64,000 nt of DNA from Hypanus sabinus (taxonomy: Eukaryota). Positions 50,736 to 62,950 of this stretch are shown here, piece by piece; the stretch's first letter is position 1; each line of letters starts with the position of its first letter. The notes beneath the pieces were generated by a model that saw nothing but the letters and a program-made list of their open reading frames with translations, was not told the origin of the DNA and made no database searches. The DNA lies in contig NC_082709.1 in assembly GCF_030144855.1 (NCBI RefSeq), positions 155,682,001-155,746,000 of the forward strand, in the 5' to 3' direction. The position numbers were made by a program, and so were the translations under genes.

Positions 50736-53654
50736 CTGCAGAAAGCATAATGCAACTCAGAATATAATAAAATTTAATTAACCTTTGCTGCAAAGCAACT
50801 TCACTTTCATACCAAAAACAGATTTACAGAGATTTTCAGTTTTCCAAATTATTTCCAAATAAAAAGATCTCAAATTGAAGAGTAATCCTGAATGTTCTCA
50901 CAAAATTAACAGTAAATATGAATATTTCTTTCTATTTACATCCAATAATTAATTTAATTATTCCCAAAATTATTCTCTTCTCACTACAGGTACACACACA
51001 AGTGATGTCAATTGCACATCACACAGGTGCTGATAGTTTAAAACTGAATGTCAATTATGGTGTTCACTTTGCAGTATAAAATGAAATATCACTGCATTTT
51101 GATTGTCAATTGAATAATAATATTTTGCTATATTAATATAGTTGAATAATTTTACTGAGCCTGCTCTCCTATGATAAAGTCAATCTTCTAAAATGAAAGA
51201 GGCAAGTACTGACTATGTGAATGTTTCTTCAAATCAGCTGTGTTTGTATAATACAAAAAAGATTCAAATTATTGTCAAAGTATGCATGTATAGTACAATT
51301 CTGATATTTGTCTACAACCTATGTTAATTAGGTTTCTGCTTCAGTCTCCATATCAGAAGGCCAGGTGCACCTCATCTCTTCAGTAACGGTCATGAGATAG
51401 GGTCATACAATATTTCATGTCATTTGATGTAATGTACTCGAACACAAGTATTACATATACTTTTAAATCCTGTTTTGTTCTGAGCTTAACAATTATGAGC
51501 CACAGCAATAGAATAATATTCTCACAAGTTAGAAAAGCCAGAAAGCATTCCTCAGAATCTATCCTGCAGAACAACTGGAACAGATTATCACTTTTTGTTG
51601 GGCTTAAGATATCACAAGCAGTCACTTGGTTTGGAGAACAAAAAAGTAAATCAAAGAGTTGAGATAGGACTAGAGATAATGGAAAAATAAGCCAGAAATA
51701 TGAAGAGTCTCAACCAATATTTTGAGCAGAAAAGATTCCCTGTAGGTAGTGTAGCTAGATAAATGAAGCAGGAATTAAAACAAAAGACTCAGGATAATTA
51801 TAATAACCATGATAGTGATACTAATACAAACAGCTGGAGCAATGACCTAGCAAGTCTTTTGGTCCTGGTTGATGCTTTCCTTGGGCCTTAAAAGAAGTTG
51901 CTAGTTGAGGTGCTTGCATAAATTTCAAAAATTGCCTAGATTTCAGAAAGGTTATAATGGACTGTGAAATAGCCAAAAGTAATTCTTTTACTCAAAAAGG
52001 GACAAAGAAACCAGAAAACTACATTCTATCATCTGTCATGGGGAAAACATTAGAAATGATTATAAAAAGCATTATAGCAAGGCATTTAGATACTTATTGT
52101 CTCAAAGATGCCACCTTACCATTGAATGTAAAGCCCTTTTTCTCCCTGCTCCTCCCCCATGAAAGCCAAGTCACTAACATGGCAAACATAAGTTAGAAGG
52201 ATTTCAGTGTTTAAAAATCAGAATGATTTCTACAAAACTCAAAACAACATGGAAACATCCTGTAATCCCAGGGCTGGATACTAAATTTTAAATGAACAAC
52301 TGTGGCATACCCCACTGGTACAAAGATTTGTATTATTAATCATAATTCTACAGTCTGGCCTCCTCACACTAGAAACAACACTGGCACGTCTATTTTATTA
52401 AGAATGGCAGAGCCAAAGAGCGGGACAGAATGTGAAAGCACAGTTGAAAGATATTAATTATGAGTACATACAGGAAAAACTGGGGAGTCCTTCCAAAAAC
52501 ACAGCGAAGGCTGAGAAAAATCTGATGCAAATATTCAAGACGAGAGTTAATAAGTTCTTGTTACTTTTAGTAACTACACCTATACATGTATCAAAAGCAG
52601 CAAGTGAGTGCTCGCCAAGACTAATATTGCTGAAAGGAACAAAATTTTGACGTAGAAAAACTTCCTGAGTCACAGATACTGTTGCATCTGTTGCTTCAGT
52701 CCTTTGCTGGGTTCCACATGGAGTTAATTCAATGAAGCCTACATCAGTTGTGGTTCCCAACAATAACTAAGAGAATGTATCATTTGATTCCTATGTAGTC
52801 AGATGTGGTATAGGGTCAGAGATTCTATATGTTTCAATGGAGTTTCTTAAGCTTGGAAATTGGGGACTTATTATTTTTAATTGATTTGTAAATATTATAC
52901 TGTCTCAAGGAATGTGCAATTTTAATACTTTTTAATACTTTATGACCCTTTGATATTAGACATTCAAATACTGTTAAATAAAAAAAGGCGTTACAAAGGC
53001 TGACAGAAGACAAAGTTTCACCCAGCGATGCCTCCTGTCAAAGTCCGGATATTCCAGGAGTGGACAGTCACCAGTAAATAGCCAAGGGTTCCGTTGTTGC
53101 TGAAACCTTGAAATGCCTCAGGAAGTTTAGCAGAGTCAGCCCTTCGGACTGACTGGTGCAAGTTTGGGTGGAGACCCAAGGTTGAAATTCTGAATGGTAA
53201 GCTGGCATCAGCGTGATCCAGTCCATTACCAACGATGGAGTGTAGTTGGGTGGTTCATTTCACTGACCACATCCAAACGTGAAAATATCAAATAGAAGCC
53301 TGCCAATGACAAACTGAAAGAGGGAAAGAACAAAATCTGGCAAACACTCCAGAAGTAATCCAAGCAGCTGAAATTGGGATGGATACAAATGGATCCAGCG
53401 AATAAAATTACGAAAAGCAGGCAAAGTAGAGAATTTAGCAGATAAATGTCAGCAGTGTTAAAAGATCAGGCGGGACAAGGCATATAAACAAATATGTTGA
53501 TGTTTAAGTCACTGGAGGCTCCCTTTTTATGGAATATGGTGTGATGGTAAACATTTAACACTTGCATTGGAATATCAACACAGGCAGGCATAGACCAATC
53601 AGATCCCAAGTTTAAAAATAGCTCTAAGTCTATAATACAAACTCCTATTTCTAC

Positions 53655-53816
53655 CTTATCAATATCTTCGTCTTCCTCATCCTCCTCCTCCTCCTCAGAG
53701 AAGTCCAGCATCTTTTTGGCAAGCAATGGATGCCACTGAAGACACTTCCGTTTTGGTCTTTTTCCAGTCCCATCGCCATCTGCTGAGTGGTCTTTGTTTC
53801 TGCTGCTAGCTTTCAT
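53655..53816 (-). CDS. BBX: BBX coding exon 1 (MKASSRNKDHSADGDGTGKRPKRKCLQWHPLLAKKMLDFSEEEEEDEEDEDIDK)
   Basis: Very similar to the BBX N-terminus as recalled; acceptor near 53826 or 53821; donor AAG|GTAGAA; 162 nt, phase 0. Confidence 0.97.
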
Positions 53817-54384
53817 GGTGCTGTGCTGCACAACATAAATAGAAACAGCACATGATTAGCAACTTGGGATGTCATGGTGCATGAGAACGGTAGAGGCATA
53901 TTGCAATACATCTAACCTCAGGCATGGATACTAATCTTCAAATGATACAAATATAAGGAACTGTGACACACCTCATTGTTACAGAGATTCATATTGTGGT
54001 TCAGGGATCTGGAAGGGTAATAGCACCCTCTAGTGTACAATTGTCAGCCGGTAACAAGCATAAAGGAGCAACATTCTCAGCACTCGCAGGCTTGCTGCAG
54101 AGGTTCTTAAAGGGGAAGGCATCTCTGAATGGTAAGTCATTGTACACTGTCAGAATGGCTTAAAAGGAATTTGTACTGTTTCATGTCCATAGCTGTTTCT
54201 TATTCTAGAGCTTGTGAATTTTTGAACTAAAGTTTACAGAGAATATCAATAACCAATAATGGTAATGAAGACAAAGTTAATGAAATACAGGTTTTCTCAT
54301 TTGCCAGTCCCTCATACAACATCATTGAAAAAAAGAAACACTTGAACAGGTCCTAGTTAATTGATGAACCATGAAAATCATGGT

Positions 54385-56746
54385 CATATAACCATATAAC
54401 AATTACAGCACGGAAACAGGCCATCTCGGCCCTTCTAGTCCGTGCTAAACGCTTACTCTCACCTAGACCCACCGACCTGCACTCAGCCCATAACCCTCCA
54501 TTCCTTTCCTGTCCACATACCTATCCAATTTTGCTTTAAATGACAATATCAAACCTGCTTTTACCACTTCTACTGGAAGCTCATTCCACACATCTACCAC
54601 TCTGAGTAAAGAAGTTCCCCCTCATGTTACCCCTAAACTTTTGCCCCTTAACTCTCAACTCATGTCCTCTTGCGTGAATCTCCCCTACTCTCAATGGAAA
54701 AAGCCTATCCATGTCAACTCTATCTATCCCCCTCATAATTTTAAATACCTCTATCAAGTCCCCCTCAACCTTCTACACTCCAAAGAATAAAGACCAAACT
54801 TGTTCAACCTTTCCCTGTAACTTCGGTGCTGAAACCCAGGTAACATTCTAGTAAATCTTCTCTGTACTCTCTCTATTTTGTTGACATCTTTCCTATAATT
54901 TGGTGACCAGGACTGTACACAATACTCCAAATTTGGCCTCACCAATGCCTTGTACAATTTCAACATTACATCCCAACTCTTATACTCAATGCTCTGATTT
55001 ATAAAGGCCAACATACCAAAAGCTTCCTTCACCACCCTATCCACATGAGATTCCACCTTCAGGGAACTATGCACCATTATTCCTAGATCACTCTCTTCTT
55101 CTGCATTCTTCAATGCCCTACCATTTACCACATATGTCCTATTTTGATTAGTCCTACCAAAATATAGCACCTCACACTTATCAGCATTAAACTCCATCTG
55201 CCATCTTTCAGCCCACTCTTCTAACTGGTCTAAATCTCTCTGCAAGCTTTGAAAACCTACGTCATTATCCACAATGCTACCTATCTTAGCATCATCTGCA
55301 TACTTACTAATCCAATTTACCACCCCATCATCCAGATTATTAATGTATATGACAAACAACATTGGACCCAGTACAGATCCCTGAGGCACACCACTGGTCA
55401 CTGGCCTCCAACCTGACAAACTGTTATCCACCACTACTCTCTGGCATCTCCCATCCAGCCACTGTTGAATCCATTTTACTACTTCAATATTAATACCTAA
55501 CGATTGAACCTTCCTAACTAACCTTCCATGTGGAATGTTGTCAAAGGCCTTACTGAAGTCCATATAGACAACATCTACTGCTTTACCCTCGTCAACTTTT
55601 CTCGTAACCTCTTCAAAAAATTCAATAAGATTTGTCAAATGTGACCTTCCTTGCACAAATCCATGTTGGCTGTTCCTAATCAGACCCTGTCTATCCAGAT
55701 AATTATATATACACCATCTCAAAGAATACTTTCCATTAATTTTCCCACCACTGACATCAAATTTACAGGTCTATAATTGCTAGGTTTACTCTTAGAACCC
55801 TTTTTAAGCAATGGAACAGCATGAGCAATATGCCAATCCTCCTTTCTAATGACATTTGAAATATTTCTGTCAGAGCCCCTGCTATTTCTAAACTATCTTC
55901 CCTCAAGGTCCTAGGGAATATCCTGTCAGGACCTGGAGACATCCAATTTTATATTCCTTAAAAGCACCAAGACTTCCTCTTCTTTAATCAGCATAGTTTC
56001 CATAACTTCCCTACTTGTTTCCCTTACCTTACACAATTCAATATCCTTCTCCTTAGTGAATACCAAAGAAAAGAAATTGTTCAAAATCTCCTCCATCTCT
56101 TTCAGTTCCACACATAGCTGTCCACTCTGATTCTCTAAGGGACCAATTTTATCCCTCACTATCCTTTTGCTATTAATATAACTGTAGAAACCCTTTGGAT
56201 TTATTTTCACCTTACTTGCCAAAGCAACTTCATATCTTCTTTTAGCTTTTCTAATTTCTTTCTTAAGATTCTTTTTACATTCTTTATATTCTTCGAGCAC
56301 CTCATTAACTCCATGCTGTCTGTATTTATTGTAGATCTCTTTCTTTTTCTGAACCAAGTTTCCAATATCCCTCGAAAACTATGGCTCTCTCAAACTTTTA
56401 ACCTTTCCTTTCAACGTAACAGGAACATAAAGATTCTGTACCCTCAAAATTTCACTTTTAAATGACCTCCATTTCTCTATTACGTCCTTCCCATATAATA
56501 AGTTGTTCCAATCCACTCCTTCTAAATCCTTTCACATCTCCTCAAAGTTAGCCTTTCACAAATCAAAAATCTCAACCCTGGATCCAGTCCTATCCTTCTC
56601 CATAATTATATTGAAACTAATGGCATTGTGATCACTGGACCCAAAGTGCTCCCCAACACATGCCTCCATCACCTGACCTATCTCATTCCCTAACAGGAGA
56701 TCCAACACTGCCCCTTCTCTAGTTGGTACCTCTATGTATTGCTGCG
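54385..56746 (-). mobile_element. Young 5'-truncated CR1 LINE, same family as 35287-37725, opposite orientation
   Basis: 322-aa RT ORF 54754-55722 and ORF 55926-56357; same 3' tail. Confidence 0.97.
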
Positions 56747-56953
56747 GAAATATATCTCAGGAGTGCACCAACTAGTTCAGATCCTGGCACCTTCCAGGCA
56801 TGAGAATGTAGTTTAAAGGTCTACAGGTAGGCTGGGGAATGGGAAGCTCATGTCAGCTCCCCACAGGGTTAGTCTTAGCAGCAGTTTTGCTTGAGAGAAC
56901 CTGGATGATGAATTGGGCAGAGAGCCCAGAAATGCTTGGAGCATTGTCTAGCC

Positions 56954-57705
56954 CAGGGGTCGGCAATCATTACCACTGAAAGAGCCATATGGACCCATTT
57001 CCCACAGAAAAGAAAACACTGGGAGCCACAAAACCCGTTTGACATTTAAAATGAAATAACACTGCAAACAACGGGTTTTTTTTGCCTTTATGGTATGTAT
57101 AAACAAACTATAATGTGTTACATTTATGAAATTGATGAACTCCTGCAGAGAAAACGAAATTACGTTTCTGCATGCAACAAAAACATTTTGAACTCTGAAA
57201 AAAAGACGTTGGGTTGAAGGTTACTCCATAGTTAGCCTACCTTCGATCGAAAAATTAAAAGAAATCGCGCACTGTCGGGTGTCAGGGATTGGCAGTGGTG
57301 ACGTATATTAATAGCGATAAAAAACACATTGTGGCGGTGTGCTACACGCAGCGCTAAGATAACGACACTGCAGTCAAAGATAACTTTATTCAAACTAAAC
57401 AGCCTTGCTTTAAAGCCTCCCTCAACCCGCCCCCCCCCCCCACCCCCGTGGGCGGGGATGCTCCAAAAGACACATACTCACAAACCCCCATAGGCTATCT
57501 CCCTTAGCCGGAATGGTGGCTAATTGTGAGCCGGTTCGGATGTGCCAGGAAATGGTGTCGCCACAACGTTTTATTTAGATTGTACAAGATCATCATAATC
57601 TTCAAATTTCGAATTACATTTCAAAAACTAACAAACCACGGGGAGCTGCAGCACAGAGATGAAAGAGCCGCGTGCGGCTCCGGAGCCGCGGGTTGCCGAC
57701 CCCTG
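56954..57705. mobile_element. hAT (Charlie-like) non-autonomous element
   Basis: Perfect 13-bp TIR caggggtcggcaa and perfect 8-bp TSD GTCTAGCC (56946-56953, 57706-57713). Confidence 0.95.
57330..57565. mobile_element. Solo-LTR-like insert nested in the hAT element
   Basis: Inverted ends TGTGGCG / CGCCACA; flanks ACAT and ACGT (4-bp TSD with one CpG-type change). Confidence 0.65.
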
Positions 57706-57974
57706 GTCTAGCCTCTGGAAATCCTGGTTAAGTCACCTGGGAGCATGGCACCTCCAATAATGCATATGAATTGGATGGGTATGAAGATTCTCCATTTTAG
57801 AATGCTTGAATTTATTAGTTTCACGACTTTACTCACGGACCCAACACAGGTAGATTACGTGATGCCAAAAGTCAGTTTCCGCTATTGCACAGGCTGCGGC
57901 TACCAATGTGTGAATGGTGCACCAGCTCAAACTTCTGGCATCTAAGGTCAGACTACTGTCTTGTGAGCACTAAC

Positions 57975-58768
57975 TGGTCACATGGTGCAAGCAGAATCAT
58001 CTGCAGCTTAATGTGAAAAAGACTAAGGAGCTGGTGGTGGACCTGAGGAGGGCTAAGGCACCGGTGACCCATTTCCATCCAAGGGGTCAGTGTGGACATA
58101 GTGGAGGATTACAAATACCTGGGGATACGAATGGACAATAAACTGGGCTGGTCAAAGAACACTGAGGCTGTCTACAAGAAGGGTCAGAGCCATCTCTATT
58201 TCCTGAGGAGACTGAGGTCTTTTAACATCTGCCTGACGATGCTGAGGATGTTCTACGAGTCTGTGGTGGCCAGTGCTATCATGTTTGCTGTTGTGTGCTG
58301 GGGCAGCAGGCTGAGGGTAGCAGACACCAACAGGATCAATAAACTCATTCATAAGGCCAGTGATGTTGTGGGGGTGGAACTGGACTCTCTGACGGTGGTG
58401 TCTGAAAAGAGGATGCTGTCCAAGTAGCATGCTATCTTGGACAATGACTCCCATCCACTCCATAATGTACTGGTTAGGCACAGGAGTACATTCAGCCAGA
58501 GACCCATTCTACCGAGATGTAACACTGAGCGTCATAGGAAGTCATTCCTACCTGCGGCCATCAAACTTTACAACTCCTCCCTCAGACTGTCAGACACCCT
58601 GAGCCAATAGGCTGGTCTTGGACTTATTTCCATTGGCAAGATTAACTTATTATCATTATTTAATTATTTATGGTTTTATATTGCTATATTTCTTCACTAT
58701 TCTTGGTTGGTGTGGCTGTAATGAAACCCAATTTCGCCGGGATCAATAAAGTATGTCTGTCTGTCTGC
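57975..58768 (+). mobile_element. Rex1-type LINE 3' portion
   Basis: YKYLGIRMDNKLGWSKNTEAVYKKGQSHLYFLRRLRSF...FAVVCWG; (gtct)n tail. Confidence 0.9.
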
Positions 58769-60706
58769 AGCCATTATGCTTCTGGATTCCATAGATGCCA
58801 GTGTTTAGGGATGTCATGACAGCTGAGTGATCTGTTCTCAGACTCCTGAAATAGGAGTTGGCCATGGCTCTGCAGTACACGCTTGCTCATCTGATCTATT
58901 TGCGCTGTTCCACTACTGCCGTTTCTTGTTGCAGTTAACAGTACAATGGTGCAGTGGCAAATTGTATCACATTGGCACAGAACTGCTTGTGATTGGCTCC
59001 CTGTGGCATTCGGAACAATCCTCACTTCAAAAAACCAACTATCCATCCGTCTCCTGGCTATAGTAAGGGATGAAAGGTAGATAGTACAGAGGTATTTATT
59101 GGGTGAATAAAAAATGGTTTAATCTTAATTTGATTAGTTCTGCATTTCATCATTTGTGCAGAAGGTGATACTAGGATTCTAAATCAAATGAACACCAATA
59201 TAAAAACTATCTCTTTAGAGGAAATTAGGTCTCCATTTACTCGTTATCATCTGAGTGTGAGAGGCGCCTTTGGAAGGTCAGCATTATTTAATGATCCCTG
59301 ATTACACCGAGTAGCCTTCCTGACGTGCCAGAGTGCTTGCAGTGAGGAAATTCCTATACAGTGTTTATGAGTATATTCCAATAAAGTAAAAGATCAAGTA
59401 TTTAGGAGAAAGGAAAATAAATTTTTAAGTGAGGACATTGTTTGATTTGAAGTCCATCTTTCAATCATTGAAGTAGCAAAAAGGAAGTTTCTTTTGAATT
59501 TCTAGCTGGTACATATTGAGGCTTTCTCTTGAATTAGATAGAAAGCTTTGATGACTTGTACCAAATGGATGGAAGCATGATATACACTAATTATTTGTTT
59601 CAAAAGCAAATAGTATATGCTCTGTAGGAGGAAAAAGTGTGGCTTCATGCCAGATCTTTTCTGTGAAACCCACGCAGGAAATCCCATCCACCCCCTCAAG
59701 ATGGAGGAAACCAACCTATACCAGTGTTCAAATGTCTGCACAAATGCCACATTTCCCTGTATTGTTAACATCTGAGGTTGCTGTCAGAGCAGCACCTCAC
59801 TCCAGTGCCAGCAACCCAGAAGAGAAATGGAAGAGAATGCCAATGGTGCTGATGGAAGAAGGTGGCCTATTGTTGGCCCACTTAATCCCTTTTATCTCTA
59901 CCTTCAATCTTATATTAAATTTATTGAAATGTTTAGTTATAATTTGTTACAGGCTTCTATTCTTTCTGATATTCCAATCTACTCCCACTGTCAGTGTTTA
60001 TTAAATGTAATTTAGAAAAAAGGCATGAGAATTGACATTAGAAAAAAAATCCCCTGGAAGTGCCGACATGGATGATTGTCCAGGACACCAATTCCCATCT
60101 TGTATTCAGTTTGAGTTTATAATTATCTGATGCACATCCAGATGTTAATCAATATCACAGCACATCTTGGAGTACATAACAGAATACTATTTTCATGTGA
60201 AATGATAAACACAAGCAATAAAGTTTCACAAAAAATTTACCAAGATAGATTTTTTACAAAATAACAATGACCAGAAAAAAGGTACCATGCTCAACAATGG
60301 AATAAATGGCATTGCATTTACAAAAGCTGTTAACATATCAATACTATATCATCAGAACTTAATTATGGAAAATTGCCCAGGAATTTCTATCCAAAAAAAA
60401 ACAATGTCCCCTCAACCCCAAACAATTATTATCCTATTAACAAAAGTAGTAAAACAAGAGTGCCATGAAATATTATTTCTAATAAACTCAGCTTGGCTTC
60501 TGCCAGAACAGCTTAAGCATACAAAAAGGGTGGATTTCTAGCGATAATGTGTGAGTTTACAGTACACTGTTCTTTCCTGATTGCACATTCCTGAACAATG
60601 TGAACTTCCCTCTGCTGATCACCAGCGAATGTTTTTCATAACTTCACGTCTTTTGACAATGCTTAATTCATTTGAACAGGCTCATTGAAGTTCGATTTAC
60701 CCAGGA

Positions 60707-60719
60707 CCAGTAGGTGGCA
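60707..60719 (+). promoter_or_regulatory. Candidate CTCF site
   Basis: CCAGTAGGTGGCA matches the CCASYAGRKGGCR core; motif match only. Confidence 0.4.
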
Positions 60720-61334
60720 TGATTCTCCTGCCTCGAATCAAAGCAACTTTTTACCATTTCACAAAGGAACGCCTATATAAAAAAACTGAAGTCAACGAGT
60801 GAAAACCCTCCTGTCCAGGAGGTGCAAAGGTCATGGCTGTTAGACACTGATCAACTCAGCCCAAGAACAATGCTGAAGAAACCCCCAGGGCAGCTTGTTT
60901 TTAACATCAGCTGCTCATCCACTGTTTTATTAAGGGCTACTGGCAGATTTTTGCAGTATTCAGCTCTATTCCCATATTTGCGGATGTAAATAGTCCATGG
61001 CACATGAAGAAAGCCATAGTTGCTGGTCAATGTTCCCCTTCAAGAGAGCCAAAGCAGCTCCCTTGGACATTCAATATTAAAAGGGCTTGATCTACCACAA
61101 ACAAAATCCTGGACACACATTATTGACCACGTCTCAGTAAATCCTATGGAAATGACAAGTCAGAAGCTAAACATTCTACATAAAAAGTGGCTAAACTCCT
61201 ACTTACTTGTTCACTCTCATGCAAAGGCAGGATGAAGTGAGCACAAGTGCAGCAATACTTGCAAACTTCTGAGTCCATTAGGCTAAACTCCATGATGCGC
61301 ATTGTAACAGAATATAACATAGCACCTTGCCTCT

Positions 61335-61520
61335 GAGGAGTGCACTGGTGCAGCGGGTGGTGCTGCTGCCTCACAGATCTTGCTGACCCTGTGTGCGGCC
61401 TGGATTTCTACATTCTCCCTGGGATCTCATGAGTTTTCCTTGGCTGATGTAGTTATTCCAACATCCCAAAGATTGTGGATTGATTAGTGAACTCACAATT
61501 GTCAATTCCTCCATGAAGCT
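61335..61520 (+). mobile_element. Degenerate V-SINE-like SINE
   Basis: ggtgcagcgggtggtgctgctgcctcacag head and cattctccctg core. Confidence 0.5.
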
Positions 61521-62536
61521 GGTGTAATTAAATATATCAATATAAAAATAATGTATTAAAAAAAACCTCTATTTACTTCATAGACCCTTTGCAATCGCGG
61601 GTCAATGACACCAGCTAAGGGGCCACAAGGAACAGTACTGTATCCCCATCCTACAGGTCAGTGCAAGTGAGCTCCATCGCAGAGCAAGTGCACTGAATAG
61701 GAGGTCTGACACAGAAGTTAAGAATGCATGTCCCTGTGCAACTCCGCACAATTTGTTAGCTGATTAAGGCCACTGAATTAAAGTTTATTTTGAAAAAAAA
61801 TATTCATGTAAAACAAATTTGAACACTCATAATTAGAAAAGCTAAAATAAGCAAAAAAAAGACCCTTCAGTCTCCAGCTAGAAATCCCTACTAAGACAGA
61901 GTCCGAAGCAGGGGTCCAGCTGGTGTAAAATTGAAAAAGCATAATGTTGGAGAATCCCTGTACAATCAGGCCTTGCTGTTCATCTCCATTTAAGTTCAGC
62001 AACCAAAAATAATAAGTAGTCCAACAGTTCAATTTAATATCAGATAGTGTACTACATGTACAACCTGAAAATCTTATTCTTTGCAGACATCCACAAAAAT
62101 GGAAAAGTGCCCCAAAGAACGAGTGACAGTAAAGTAAAAGCCCCAAAGCCCCCCTCCCCCCTCCCATGCACAAGCAGCAGCAAAGCAAAACACTTGCATC
62201 TCATTTAGCTGATCTTTTTTGACACACCCAATATTCGATAATTGGCTGTACACCAAATGCTCAATCCTTGGTTTATTCAGTACAAAATGTGTGCAGAAGC
62301 AACTAGCCTGTACCTACTAATTGAGATAATATAAGGAATTTTTAATTCCAGGTAGGTGGTAGGTACATACCTGGCTGATATGGTGGACAAGAAAATCAAT
62401 CCAGCAGTGCTCAGCTTTCTTTACAAAAATATTTCCCTGAATTGCTTTGAATGTGAATTATGATGACATTAACATCATTTAGTTTGAGCAAGGGTGTAGT
62501 TTTTTCCTGAATGAGAAACAGCTTATTACTAATCTC

Positions 62537-62950
62537 AGCGGACTCTTTATTAGGTACACCTGCTCATTAATGCAAATATCTAATCAATGGTAACAACTTT
62601 ATGCATAAAAGCATGCAGACATGGTCAAAAGGTTGTTGTTACCCATCAGGTAACCTGGACACCTCCTGGACAGGAGGGTTTTTAATGCCAATGGACCCAT
62701 ACCATTAACCGAGGGCATCTAGTGAATGGCAGTTTGGTGGCAAAATTTCCTTGTCAATGAGAGGTCAGAGGAGAATGGGCAGACTGATTCAAGCTGACAG
62801 GAAAGCAACAGTAACTCAAAACTATGCATTACAACGGTGGTGTGCAGAACCGCATCTCTGAATGCACAACACATCAAACCTCAAAGTGATGGGCTGCAGC
62901 TGCACAAGACAACAAACATACACTCAGTGGCCACTTCATTAGGTACAAGA
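62537..62950 (+). mobile_element. Tc1-like non-autonomous element, same family as 44214-44730
   Basis: tttattaggtacacctgctcattaatgcaaatatctaatc head; shared internal sequence. Confidence 0.75.

Noticed and set aside
52458-52766. 101-aa sense ORF with an in-frame acceptor in a BBX intron
   Set aside because: No convincing donor or homology; the distal part overlaps CR1 debris.
59502-60015. ORFs of 62-121 aa at 59.5-60 kb
   Set aside because: No recognisable domain or splice framework.
59290-61270. Possible BBX 5' non-coding exons (about 59308-59353; 61208-61268)
   Set aside because: Splice signals too weak to call without transcripts.
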